Origin: an uncultured bacterium
GTDB taxonomy: Bacteria > Actinomycetota > Acidimicrobiia > Spongiisociales > UBA5794
Assembly: GCA_963777645.1 (NCBI GenBank)
Contig: CAVZRA010000004.1
Location: 288,060 to 352,059 of the forward strand
DNA length: 64,000 bases
Direction of reading: 5' to 3'
Position numbers and translations under genes: made by a program. A model generated the notes under the pieces. It was given only the letters and a program-made list of their open reading frames with translations. It made no database searches and was not told the origin of the DNA. Each line of letters begins with the position of its first letter. The stretch's first letter is position 1. Below, one piece after another: positions 9,492 to 18,452 of this stretch.

Positions 9492-10799
9492 ATGAAAGAA
9501 AGCTGGCTCGTCGGGTTGGCTGTCTTGCTTCTAGCAGGATGTGCGAGCTTGGCTCAACCGGCACGAGATTACTCAGTCGAGGAAATCTCCACGATTGATA
9601 CCGAGCCGCGGGATCCAGGCGGCGAGTGCTACCTCGACTATCGCTCGCAACTGCTGGAGCTAGACCCGCGCTCTGGTGACGTACTGTGGACGCTTGATAT
9701 CCCATTTACCGACCGCGGTCTATACGTTGACGACGACTATCTGGTGGTTGCGGCAGGGTTAACCAAGGAGTACCAACCCGGTTTGATAGCCGTGGACCAC
9801 AAAGGACAACCCACGTGGCGCAGTGTCACTCCGCTTGGCTCGGCGACGATCTTTGGCGTTGTCGACGGTGACCTGCTGGTGCGTACCTATGCCGAGGACC
9901 GCGCCGACCTGCTTCGCATCGACATGAGGGGTCAGCTGGTTTGGGAAACCAGTCTCGAAAGGTACCTGTTCTCCGGGCCGCTTCTCGTCGGTCGTACCAT
10001 CGTCACGACAACCCAGGACAATTCCCTGCTCACGCTTGACACCGGCACCGGTGCTGTTGTGCTCGACCGGGAGCTTCCCTACGAGGCGTCGGGGCCGGGT
10101 GCGGTGTTTGGCGACATGGCGGTTCTCGCCGGTTGGGAAGGTCGTATGGTGACCGTCGATACCGCGGGCGACCTGAGGGAGTACGTCGTCGGCGGGCACC
10201 CGTATTGGGTTCACTCGCTCATAGACGGAATCGCCGTCTACTCCGATGAGGAGTCGATCGTGGGTCTTGCCCTGGATGCTGGAGCCGTTGTCTGGCGTGA
10301 CGACGGGGATTGGGGTGACGGAACGGCGATTGATCGGTCACTTGTCGTTCCGGGCATCCCACGAGGGATCCGCTCGCTCGACGCCCTTACCGGTGCTACG
10401 CAGTGGCAATTCTTCGGGCAGAGCGGTGACATGATCGGGGCAGCGCCCGCAAACGGGAAGGTGGCTGTCACCGTCCACCTGGGAACCGAGACTTCGAGTT
10501 CTTTCCTGGTAGCGATGATCGATCCGGAAAGCATGGACCGGCTGCAGTGGGATTCCCCACTGCCGGGGAGGCCGACCACAATCGAGTACGTGGGTCGCCT
10601 GGTCCTTGTTGGCGGCGTGAGCCCGGGCGATACAGTCGACGTCATTGATGATCCTGAGGGGGGATGGCTGCGCGCCTATGAGCCGGCCACCGGCGCACTC
10701 GTGTGGGAGCGGGCCCTCCGCGACGCTCCTGCAGAACTCGTTGATCACGGTGGCGAGACATTTCTCCTCACCGCCGACCCGACCGTCGGCTGCGAATGA
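9492..10799 (+). CDS. Lipoprotein with PQQ-like beta-propeller repeats
   Basis: Lipobox LLLAGC after MKESWLVGLAV. Repeated ...G..VW/LW... blades are present (DVLWTLD, GQLVWETS, GAVVWRDD, GATQWQF, GALVWERA). Confidence 0.6.
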   Translation: MKESWLVGLAVLLLAGCASLAQPARDYSVEEISTIDTEPRDPGGECYLDYRSQLLELDPRSGDVLWTLDIPFTDRGLYVDDDYLVVAAGLTKEYQPGLIAVDHKGQPTWRSVTPLGSATIFGVVDGDLLVRTYAEDRADLLRIDMRGQLVWETSLERYLFSGPLLVGRTIVTTTQDNSLLTLDTGTGAVVLDRELPYEASGPGAVFGDMAVLAGWEGRMVTVDTAGDLREYVVGGHPYWVHSLIDGIAVYSDEESIVGLALDAGAVVWRDDGDWGDGTAIDRSLVVPGIPRGIRSLDALTGATQWQFFGQSGDMIGAAPANGKVAVTVHLGTETSSSFLVAMIDPESMDRLQWDSPLPGRPTTIEYVGRLVLVGGVSPGDTVDVIDDPEGGWLRAYEPATGALVWERALRDAPAELVDHGGETFLLTADPTVGCE

Positions 10800-10880
10800 T
10801 GCACTCCTACCGGTCGAGCGTCTCTGTTGGGTCGGAGTGGTGATTCGAGCCGCCGCGGCTACCCGGGATAGACTTCGTCC

Positions 10881-11900
10881 GTGGATGCCTGGCGACGACG
10901 TGCTTATCCGCTAGCCCTTGTGACGGTGCTGACGACCTGGGTCGTCTACATGGCCATTTCCCGTTCCTGGCACCTCTTCTCCGAAGACTGGCCGGTGACG
11001 ATGACCATGACTCTCGGCTCGTTCATCGCAGGCGCCACCGCTGAGGGTGGTGCCGCCGTCGCGTTTCCCGTGTTCACCAAGGTGCTCCACATCGATCCGA
11101 CGACGGCACGCACTTTCGGGCTGATGATCCAGGCGATCGGGATGTCAATGGCCGCACTCGTGATCATCTCGAGGAGGGTACCGATTCTGCCGCGGGTCAT
11201 CGGGTGGGTCTCACTCGGGGGAATCGCCGGTCAGGTCATCGGCACGTTCTGGGTCGCCATCGGGAGCCCTGCGTCCAAGATTCTCTTCACGTTTGTAGCC
11301 TCCGTTTTCGGAGCCGCGGTGGTCATCTCACGCTGGGGCTACCGCTTGCCGACCATCACGAGGCTGCCAACGTGGCGTCTCAACGATCGGCTGTATTACA
11401 TCGCGGTTGGTATCGCAGGAGGGGTGTTTGCGGCCAACACCGGCTCCGGGATAGATATGCTCACGTTCATCGTGCTCACGCTCGCCATCGGCATCAACGA
11501 GAAAGTGAGCACCCCGACGACCGTGGTCATCATGGCGCTCAACTCCATCGTCGGGTTCGCGCTCCGCGGGCTCACCGGCGACGTGAGTGCCGCGTTCTCG
11601 TACTGGCTTGTCGCCATCCCGGTTGTCGTTTTCGGAGCACCGCTCGGTGCGTATGCCGCATCCAAGGCAACCCGCGACAACATCATCGTCCTGCTCGTGT
11701 CGTTGATCAGCCTCGAGTTTGTCACGACGCTGATCCTGGTGCCGTTCTCCGCAACGGCTTGGGCCGTGGCGGGTGCCGCGGTGGCGGGTAGCGCCGTGTG
11801 GTTCCTCGCCATGTTGGTCTACCGGGTTCGCCACATCATCCCGAGCCTCGCAAGGCTCGAGCAGCAGCGCGACGCCGTGTTACTCGCCGTCGACGAGTAG
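10881..11900 (+). CDS. TauE/SafE (DUF81) family anion exporter-like membrane protein
   Basis: Polytopic membrane protein with an internal duplication and a Gly-rich TauE-like helix 1 (LGSFIAGATAEGGAAVAFPVF). The start codon is uncertain. Confidence 0.55.
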   Translation: MDAWRRRAYPLALVTVLTTWVVYMAISRSWHLFSEDWPVTMTMTLGSFIAGATAEGGAAVAFPVFTKVLHIDPTTARTFGLMIQAIGMSMAALVIISRRVPILPRVIGWVSLGGIAGQVIGTFWVAIGSPASKILFTFVASVFGAAVVISRWGYRLPTITRLPTWRLNDRLYYIAVGIAGGVFAANTGSGIDMLTFIVLTLAIGINEKVSTPTTVVIMALNSIVGFALRGLTGDVSAAFSYWLVAIPVVVFGAPLGAYAASKATRDNIIVLLVSLISLEFVTTLILVPFSATAWAVAGAAVAGSAVWFLAMLVYRVRHIIPSLARLEQQRDAVLLAVDE

Positions 11901-11903
11901 GGC

Positions 11904-12512
11904 TTACTCGCTGAGAGTGAACGGCGGGTACTCGTCCGTGATGCTCATCAACCACGCCGTCGTTCGCATCGCCCACCGAATCGCACCGGTGGCGAAATCG
12001 AAGATGCCACGTGGATACTCGCCGGTGAAGGCGACGATCCAGAAGGCAACCCAACCGGCAATCCCCGCAGCGATCTGGATGAAGTACAGAACGACGATGT
12101 GTGGGAGAAGGAGGATGGCCTTCAGGAATGAGATGATGCCGAGCACCGCATAGCCCCGGCTTCGCTCCAGGGTCGGCTCGGTGATGACCACCCGTGCCGG
12201 GTAGCTCGAGTCCTCCATCGCAAACGCCGGGTACTCATCGGTCCACGATGCCAGCCATGCAGTGATCCGCACCGTCCAGCCGATGTAGTTGTGCACGAAT
12301 CGGGCGATCCCCGGGCTGAGGCTCCCGGTGAACGCAATGATCCAGTAGCCCACCCAGGTAGCGATGGCGGCACCGATTCCGAGGAAGTACAGGACGATGT
12401 AGTGAGGGATGGCAAGTAACGCCTTTATCGGGAACAGAATCCCAAGCACAGCCAACCCCTTGCTGCGCTTCCCATCGCCGTAATCGACGACGACATCCAC
12501 TGGATATGCCAT
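11904..12512 (-). CDS. DUF4389 domain membrane protein (two tandem DUF4389 repeats)
   Basis: Two internally similar halves (KGLAVLGILFPIKALLAIPHYIVLYFL... and RGYAVLGIISFLKAILLLPHIVVLYFI...), each ending in TDEYP. Confidence 0.65.
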   Translation of the reverse strand: MAYPVDVVVDYGDGKRSKGLAVLGILFPIKALLAIPHYIVLYFLGIGAAIATWVGYWIIAFTGSLSPGIARFVHNYIGWTVRITAWLASWTDEYPAFAMEDSSYPARVVITEPTLERSRGYAVLGIISFLKAILLLPHIVVLYFIQIAAGIAGWVAFWIVAFTGEYPRGIFDFATGAIRWAMRTTAWLMSITDEYPPFTLSE

Positions 12513-12571
12513 CTCAACTCCCTGTCATTGGTTCGGGGCAACCATACCCAAACGGAGCGGGCACTGGGTGT

Positions 12572-13222
12572 CTAGGCGAAGCGGTAGCCGACGCTACGAA
12601 CGGTTGTGATCCACGACGCACGCTCTTCGCCGAGCTTGGCGCGCAGGCGCCTGATGTGGACGTCGACGGTTCTCGAGCCTCCGAAGTAGTCGTATCCCCA
12701 TACCCGGTTGAGGATCTGATCCCTGCTCCACACCCGACCCGGGTTCTCCACCAGGAATCTCAGTAGCTCGTATTCCATGAAGGTGAGGTCGCGGGGTTCG
12801 CCGCCAACTGTCGCCTGATAGGTAGCCGTGTTCAGCTCGAGATCCCGGAAGCGAATGATCTCCTCTTCGGTGATCGCTGGGTTGACGGTGTGCAGCCGTC
12901 CCAGCCGCACCCGCAACTCAACACGATCGACAGGAGACAGGATGAAGTCGGTGAACCCGGTCTCTCCGACGATGTCGGAGGTCATCGTCCTGTCGATCAG
13001 CAACAGCACTGGGAGACCGTATTCGTCTGTGATCTTCGCCGCCATGGCGAGGGAACGACCCAGGTCCGAGGTGACCTCCACCACAGCGGCCGTCCAGCCA
13101 CCCTTCGGGATGCGCTCCTCGATGTCGGCGATGCTCTCGATCGGGACCGGCTGGTACCCGGCTTCGAGCAGGCCCGCAATCAGGGGCTGCGTCGGGGTTG
13201 CGGGATAGACGGCCAGGAACAT
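12572..13222 (-). CDS. OmpR/PhoB-type winged-helix regulator with degenerate (pseudo-)receiver domain; GlnR-like by context
   Basis: The C-terminus LTFMEYELLRFLVENPGRVWSRDQILNRVWGYDYFGGSRTVDVHIRRLRAKLG is a clear Trans_reg_C. The N-terminal receiver lacks the acidic pocket and has AVVEV where the phospho-Asp is expected. The ATG at 13222 overlaps the glnA stop. Confidence 0.7.
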   Translation of the reverse strand: MFLAVYPATPTQPLIAGLLEAGYQPVPIESIADIEERIPKGGWTAAVVEVTSDLGRSLAMAAKITDEYGLPVLLLIDRTMTSDIVGETGFTDFILSPVDRVELRVRLGRLHTVNPAITEEEIIRFRDLELNTATYQATVGGEPRDLTFMEYELLRFLVENPGRVWSRDQILNRVWGYDYFGGSRTVDVHIRRLRAKLGEERASWITTVRSVGYRFA

Positions 13223-14505
13223 CACAACACCGGAAGATACTGCTCTAGCTCGAAACGGGAAACATGATGTTCGTAGCGCTGCCATTCGCGACGTTTGTTG
13301 CGAAGGAACCAGTCGAAGACGTGGGTGCCGAGGGCATCTTTGACCAGCGAGGATGACTCCATGGCGTCGAGAGCCTCGGCGAGGCTGGTGGGCAGGCGGT
13401 CTCCATGGCCGTCATCACGTAGCTTGTACTTCTTCTCGATCCCCTCCAGACCGGCTGCGAGGATCACCGACAATGCCAGGTATGGGTTGCAGGCAGGGTC
13501 CGGCGCCCGATACTCGATGCGGGTTGCCCCGGGTCTATCGATACCGGTACTCGGCACCCTGACCACCGCAGCCTGATTGGTGCGGTCCCAGGTCGTGAGC
13601 ACCGGAGCATCGAAGCCGCTCACGAGCCGTTTGTACGAGTTCACCCACTGATTGGTGATCGCCGTGATCTCACGCCCGTGCCGGATCAGACCCGCGACGA
13701 ACCCACGCGCCGCTTCTGACAGGTTGTCCGCCTGGTTGGGGTCGAAGAACGCGTTGTCGTCGCCCCGGAACAGCGATAGATGCAGATGCAATCCCGAGCC
13801 ATCGTGCCCCTCCAGCGGCTTTGGCATGAACGTCGCATAGATGTTGTGCTCCATTGCCACTTCTTTGATGGCGAGCCTCGTTGTCATCAAGTTGTCTGCC
13901 ATTGTCAGCGCATCGGTGTGGCGCAGGTCGATCTCGTGTTGGCTCGGCGATACCTCATGGTGAGAAGACTCGACCGGGATGCCGAGTCGCTCCAGCGCCA
14001 TGATCGTGCTGCGACGGTATTCCTGGGCAACATCTAGGGGAGTCAGGTCGAAGTACCCTCCCCGGTCGAGGATTTTCGGCTCGGTACCGCTGTCGGCAAA
14101 GTAGAAGTACTCGACCTCAGGGCCGACGTAGAAAGTGAATCCGAGATTCCGGGCCCGGTTCAGGTTGCGGCGCAGCACCAATCGCGGGTCACCGGAGAAG
14201 GGCTTCCCGTCGGGTCGAACGATGTCGCAGAACATCCTGGCGACCCCGACATCGCCGTGACGCCATGGCAGGATCTGAAATGTGGTGGCATCAGGCTTGG
14301 CGAGCATGTCGGATTCCTGATCCCGGGAAAACCCGTCGATGGAGGATCCGTCGAATCGCATGCCGTGGGCAAATGCGGACTCGAGTTCCGCAGGTGTGAT
14401 CGCAAACGACTTGAGCAAGCCGAGTATGTCGGTGAACCAGAGCCTGATGAAGCGCACGCCGCGCTCTTCAACAGTCCTCAGTACATAGTCCTCTTGCCTG
14501 GCCAT
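13222..14505 (-). CDS. glnA: Glutamine synthetase, type I family (GlnA2-like size)
   Basis: 427 aa; N-terminal beta-grasp RFIRLWFTDILGLLKSF; catalytic-domain motifs FMPKP, GSGLHLHLSL and NPYL. Confidence 0.85.
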   Translation of the reverse strand: MARQEDYVLRTVEERGVRFIRLWFTDILGLLKSFAITPAELESAFAHGMRFDGSSIDGFSRDQESDMLAKPDATTFQILPWRHGDVGVARMFCDIVRPDGKPFSGDPRLVLRRNLNRARNLGFTFYVGPEVEYFYFADSGTEPKILDRGGYFDLTPLDVAQEYRRSTIMALERLGIPVESSHHEVSPSQHEIDLRHTDALTMADNLMTTRLAIKEVAMEHNIYATFMPKPLEGHDGSGLHLHLSLFRGDDNAFFDPNQADNLSEAARGFVAGLIRHGREITAITNQWVNSYKRLVSGFDAPVLTTWDRTNQAAVVRVPSTGIDRPGATRIEYRAPDPACNPYLALSVILAAGLEGIEKKYKLRDDGHGDRLPTSLAEALDAMESSSLVKDALGTHVFDWFLRNKRREWQRYEHHVSRFELEQYLPVL

Positions 14506-14589
14506 GTGAACCTCCGCGCCAGGATGGTAAGCGAGATCCGCAGGTGTTTACAGCCGAAATCGAACGTGAAACACACTGTTCACATTCCT

Positions 14590-14605
14590 GTTACTCGAAG
14601 GAAAC
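14590..14605. promoter_or_regulatory. GlnR-box-like motif GTTAC-n6-GAAAC in the glnA/glnII divergent intergenic region
   Basis: GTTAC (14590-14594), tcgaag, then GAAAC (14601-14605) matches the published actinomycete GlnR a-site/b-site pattern gTnAc-n6-GaAAc. An inverted repeat GTGAA-n8-TTCAC lies at 14566-14583. Confidence 0.3.
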
Positions 14606-14673
14606 CCACGTCGGGCATACTCTGTGCCGAGCACCGGTCCCCCGGTGCGTTGTCATGATCAAGGAGATCAGCA

Positions 14674-15681
14674 ATGGTTTATAGAGCCGAGTACATCTGG
14701 ATCGACGGGCAGCAGCCAACTGCCAAGCTGCGCTCGAAGACCAAGGTCATCCCCGACGGCGAAGAACCACCTATCTGGGGTTTTGACGGCTCGAGCACTG
14801 AGCAAGCAGTCGGAAGTTCCTCGGATTGTGTGCTGCGTCCGGTGCGCGTTGTCCCGGATCCGATCCGTGGTGGCGACAACAAGCTCGTGATGTGTGAGGT
14901 GCTCAACACCGACATGACTCCGCACGAGTCCAACACCAGGGCCAGGTGCGCCGAGGTTGCCGAGAAGTTCGTATCATTCGAGCCGCTGTTCGGTATCGAG
15001 CAGGAGTACACCTTCTTCAAAGATGGGCGTCCGCACGGCTGGCCGGCAGGTGGGTACCCGGCTCCCCAGGGCGGCTACTACTGCGGTGTCGGCGCCGATG
15101 AGATCTGGGGCCGCGACGTTGTTGAAGCCCATACGGAGGCTTGCATCGCCGCAGGATTGGCCATCTCAGGCACCAATGCCGAGGTCATGATCGGTCAGTG
15201 GGAGTTCCAGATTGGCCCCGTCGACGCTCTCGCCGTCTCGGACGAGATCTGGTTGGCACGCTGGTTGCTGTATCGGATCGCCGAGGACTTCGACATCTCG
15301 GCTCACCTGATGCCCAAGCCGGTGGCAGGTGACTGGAACGGTGCCGGGGCACACACCAACTTCTCCACCAAGCAGATGCGGGCGAGCTACGACCCGATCA
15401 TCGCTGCCTGTGAGGCGCTCGGGAAGAAGGCCGACCACCACATCAAGCAGTACGGTGCGGGTATCGAGACCCGGCTCACCGGTCTCCATGAGACGGCTCC
15501 ATGGACCGAGTACAACTACGGGGTCTCAGACCGGGGCGCCTCGGTGCGCATCCCCTGGCAGGTTGCCCGCGATGGCAAGGGATACATCGAGGATCGTCGC
15601 CCCAACGCAAACATGGATCCCTACGTCGTCACCGCATTGATCACCGAGACGGTGTGCGGTGATGCCGTGGCGAGCGCCTGA
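14674..15681 (+). CDS. glnII: Glutamine synthetase type II (eukaryote-like GSII)
   Basis: 335 aa; starts MVYRAEYIWIDG...; contains GVGADEIWGRDVVEAH and NGAGAHTNFS, typical of GSII; SD AAGGAGA 7 nt upstream. Confidence 0.85.
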   Translation: MVYRAEYIWIDGQQPTAKLRSKTKVIPDGEEPPIWGFDGSSTEQAVGSSSDCVLRPVRVVPDPIRGGDNKLVMCEVLNTDMTPHESNTRARCAEVAEKFVSFEPLFGIEQEYTFFKDGRPHGWPAGGYPAPQGGYYCGVGADEIWGRDVVEAHTEACIAAGLAISGTNAEVMIGQWEFQIGPVDALAVSDEIWLARWLLYRIAEDFDISAHLMPKPVAGDWNGAGAHTNFSTKQMRASYDPIIAACEALGKKADHHIKQYGAGIETRLTGLHETAPWTEYNYGVSDRGASVRIPWQVARDGKGYIEDRRPNANMDPYVVTALITETVCGDAVASA

Positions 15682-15740
15682 GCGAGGACCGAGACAAGCC
15701 AGGACCGAGACAAGCTACGCCGGCTCTCCTCCGGTGAGAT

Positions 15741-15776
15741 GAGAAAGGGCGGAACCGCAAGGTTCCGCCCTTTCTC
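15741..15776. terminator. Bidirectional intrinsic terminator hairpin
   Basis: GAGAAAGGGCGGAACC-gcaa-GGTTCCGCCCTTTCTC is a perfect 16-bp stem between convergent genes. Confidence 0.8.
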
Positions 15777-15794
15777 TACATTCGAACCGGATGG

Positions 15795-16430
15795 TCATTG
15801 GTCTGAACTGGTCGGCGCCATTGCGGCTTCCTTGGCCGCTTCGATCTCCTGGCTGAACGAGTCTGCAGCGATCTTGTAGTCGTCGAGGGCTGCAAGACGC
15901 GCTTCCGATCCGGTGGTGTTGACGAGACCATCAAGCATCGCATCGGCTGCCGCTTTCATTGCCTGTGCCGCCGTGGTGACGTCGGTCCACTTGTCGGTGG
16001 CCGCGGTGGGCACCGAGTCCGACAGGGCAGCCACGCTGTCGTTGAAGTCATTGGTCGAAACGCGAAGCCCGCTGAGCCCCTCCCGGATTGTTGTGTAGTC
16101 CTGGGTATCGGCGTAGTCATCGTTGAGCGACTGTGCCTGGTTGCGTAGCTCTTCCGCCTGACCCGAGAGCGCATCGGCCGTTGCGGCGAACTCCACTACA
16201 TCGGGCGCAAGGCTGGTGGTGGTCGTCGTTTCCTCTTCCGGCGTTGTTGTTGTGGTTCCACCGGCCGCCTCTGTCGTCGTCGTCGGAGTCTCGGCTGCCG
16301 GCAGGTTGTTCACGAACGTATAAGTGAACGCTACGAGGAAGAGAACAACCAGCGGGAGAATCCAGCGGCCGTGTTTGGGATCTTGCTTGCTCACCGGCGC
16401 AAAGATAGTCCTTCCCGGCATCTGTGCCAT
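15795..16430 (-). CDS. Hypothetical membrane-anchored protein with Thr-rich linker
   Basis: From the internal ATG at 16430: one TM (WILPLVVLFLVAFTYTFV), a TTTTEAAGGTTTTTPEEETTTTT linker and a helical C-terminal domain. No family recognised. Confidence 0.5.
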   Translation of the reverse strand: MAQMPGRTIFAPVSKQDPKHGRWILPLVVLFLVAFTYTFVNNLPAAETPTTTTEAAGGTTTTTPEEETTTTTSLAPDVVEFAATADALSGQAEELRNQAQSLNDDYADTQDYTTIREGLSGLRVSTNDFNDSVAALSDSVPTAATDKWTDVTTAAQAMKAAADAMLDGLVNTTGSEARLAALDDYKIAADSFSQEIEAAKEAAMAPTSSDQ

Positions 16431-16461
16431 TTCATGTCCATTTTGCCGGTACCCTGCGGGC

Positions 16462-17193
16462 ATGGATATCAATGGTCGTGTCGCTCTGATCACGGGTGCC
16501 GGGCACCGTTTGGGGCGTGCGCTCGCCCTCGGCCTGGCCGGGGCAGGCGCCGATGTGTTCATCCACTACGGGAGATCGCAAGACGGGGCTCTCGCGGTTC
16601 AACGTGAGATCGAGGCGATGGGTGGTCGGGCCGCGATCGGTTCTGTCGATCTGTCGGATGTGACTCAGCTACCCAGGCTCGCAGCGATGGCTGCCGAAGT
16701 ATTAGGCGAAGTGACGATTCTGGTCAACTCGGCATCGGGCTTCGCCACCGACACGCTCGGCGATGTGACCCCCGACGGCTGGCAGCACAGCCAGAGTGTC
16801 AGCCTCGTTGCACCCGTTTTCCTCACCCAGGCGTTTGCCGCTCTCCTCGGCGGCACGACTCGCGGAGCCGTGCTGAACATCACCGATGCCAGGACCATGT
16901 ATCCCTACCTGAAGCATTTCTCGTATGTGGTTGCCAAGGGAGGCCTCGACGCCTTCACCCGGGCCGCCGCGCTGGCGTTGGCTCCGATGATCCGGGTGAA
17001 TGCGGTTGCCCTGGGAGTGATCCTCCCACCGCCTGGTGAGGACGACGGTTACGCAGCAGCCCTGGCAGAGACTCTCCCGCTCCGACGTGTAGGCGGCACC
17101 GATCCGGTTGTCGAGGCCGGTCTCAGCCTCATCCGCAACGACTTCGTCACCGGCGAGATCGTCCGTGTCGACGGTGGCGCGCATCTCACCTAG
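16462..17193 (+). CDS. SDR family oxidoreductase
   Basis: MDINGRVALITGAGHRLGRA (TGxxxxxG Rossmann motif) from the ATG at 16462. The upstream part of the ORF overlaps the divergent gene. Confidence 0.8.
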   Translation: MDINGRVALITGAGHRLGRALALGLAGAGADVFIHYGRSQDGALAVQREIEAMGGRAAIGSVDLSDVTQLPRLAAMAAEVLGEVTILVNSASGFATDTLGDVTPDGWQHSQSVSLVAPVFLTQAFAALLGGTTRGAVLNITDARTMYPYLKHFSYVVAKGGLDAFTRAAALALAPMIRVNAVALGVILPPPGEDDGYAAALAETLPLRRVGGTDPVVEAGLSLIRNDFVTGEIVRVDGGAHLT

Positions 17194-17210
17194 GTGGATG
17201 CCGCCGGGTC

Positions 17211-18452
17211 TCACTCCAGCAGACGGATGAATAGCCCGCTGCTGATCTTGGGGAGGAACCAGGTTGACTTGGGTGGCATCACAAGGCCCCGGTCGGCAAT
17301 CGCTGCCACCTGATCGATGCTGGTCGGATGCACCAGGAAGAACGCTCCGCCGCCCTCCCTCCCCGCGATGTACTCGAGCGGAACCGTTCCCGGCACGTAT
17401 TCGAGTCGCTCACTGGTGCGTGGGTCACTGATGCCGAGGATCGGGCCGAGGATCAAGTTGTTGAGGATGACCACGTCGAGCGAGTTGTACGGATCGTCGG
17501 ACTCGACGAGCTCGCGGGGTGCAATGAGGCGGTACCACTTGTCTCCGACATGCATCCCGAAAATGCCGGGCCGATCGGGTCTGGCTTCTTCGGGGTCGTC
17601 GATGTGGATGCGCTCTACGTGCATCTGATCGCTGACCCTCTGGACGAACTCGACCTCGGTGAGCCCGTCGAGATCGGAGACAAGGCGGTTGTACTCGACC
17701 AGACGAAGCTGCTGCGATGGATAGATGACACCCATCATGTAGTGGAACGCCTCGGTCCCGGTTGCTTCCGGATGGTCGGCCACGGCTGACCTCGCCAGCG
17801 CCGCCCCGGCGGCCGCCCGGTGGTGACCGTCTGTGATGTAGAGAGCTTCGATGTGGGAGAGACAGCTTTCGAGTTGTGCCAGGTCCTCAGGCAAGTCGAC
17901 CTTCCAGACGGTCTGTTGAACGCCATCTTGACCGGGGAAGTCGAGCATCGGCTCTCTCGTCAGCAGCCTGTCGATGAGCGCATTTATCCCTGCGCTCCGA
18001 TAGGTCAGGCACATTGGATAGGAATTTGCCTGGATTCGTCGCAGCGCTCCGGCCAGTTTCTCCTCGATCTCGGTGCGGGTGTGCTCGTGGCGCTTGATCA
18101 CCCCGCGGTCGTATGCATCTGCCTCAACCTCTCCAACGATCCCCGTTTGGCTGTGGATCCCGTCGGCCACGCGGTACACGTAGTAGGCGGGCTCCTCGTG
18201 GTACTCGTAGATGCCACGCTCGATCATCATGTCGATCCGGTCACGGCCGACCGGGGTTGCCAGATCGGGCTCATCCCCGTCGATGGGGATGATGTCTCGC
18301 ATGGCGAGATCGAACGAGAAGGGATTGGTTGCCTCGAGGGTCCGCCAGTAGCCCACCGGGACCGACCCCTTGGGGACAACCGCCACCCGGGGGGCGTAGT
18401 CCCTGGTCGGCAGGTAGAGCCTGGTGGGTCGGACGAGAGGCCGGTCGGTCAT
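17211..18452 (-). CDS. DUF1015 domain-containing protein
   Basis: 413 aa with the ITDGHHR motif and overall DUF1015-like sequence; ATGA overlap with the serA-like stop. Confidence 0.65.
   Translation of the reverse strand: MTDRPLVRPTRLYLPTRDYAPRVAVVPKGSVPVGYWRTLEATNPFSFDLAMRDIIPIDGDEPDLATPVGRDRIDMMIERGIYEYHEEPAYYVYRVADGIHSQTGIVGEVEADAYDRGVIKRHEHTRTEIEEKLAGALRRIQANSYPMCLTYRSAGINALIDRLLTREPMLDFPGQDGVQQTVWKVDLPEDLAQLESCLSHIEALYITDGHHRAAAGAALARSAVADHPEATGTEAFHYMMGVIYPSQQLRLVEYNRLVSDLDGLTEVEFVQRVSDQMHVERIHIDDPEEARPDRPGIFGMHVGDKWYRLIAPRELVESDDPYNSLDVVILNNLILGPILGISDPRTSERLEYVPGTVPLEYIAGREGGGAFFLVHPTSIDQVAAIADRGLVMPPKSTWFLPKISSGLFIRLLE

Noticed and set aside
15781-15800. TTCGAACCGG string that might mark a tRNA T-loop on the minus strand.
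   Set aside because: There are no flanking complementary stems and no acceptor or anticodon arms. It lies at the 3' end of a protein-coding gene.
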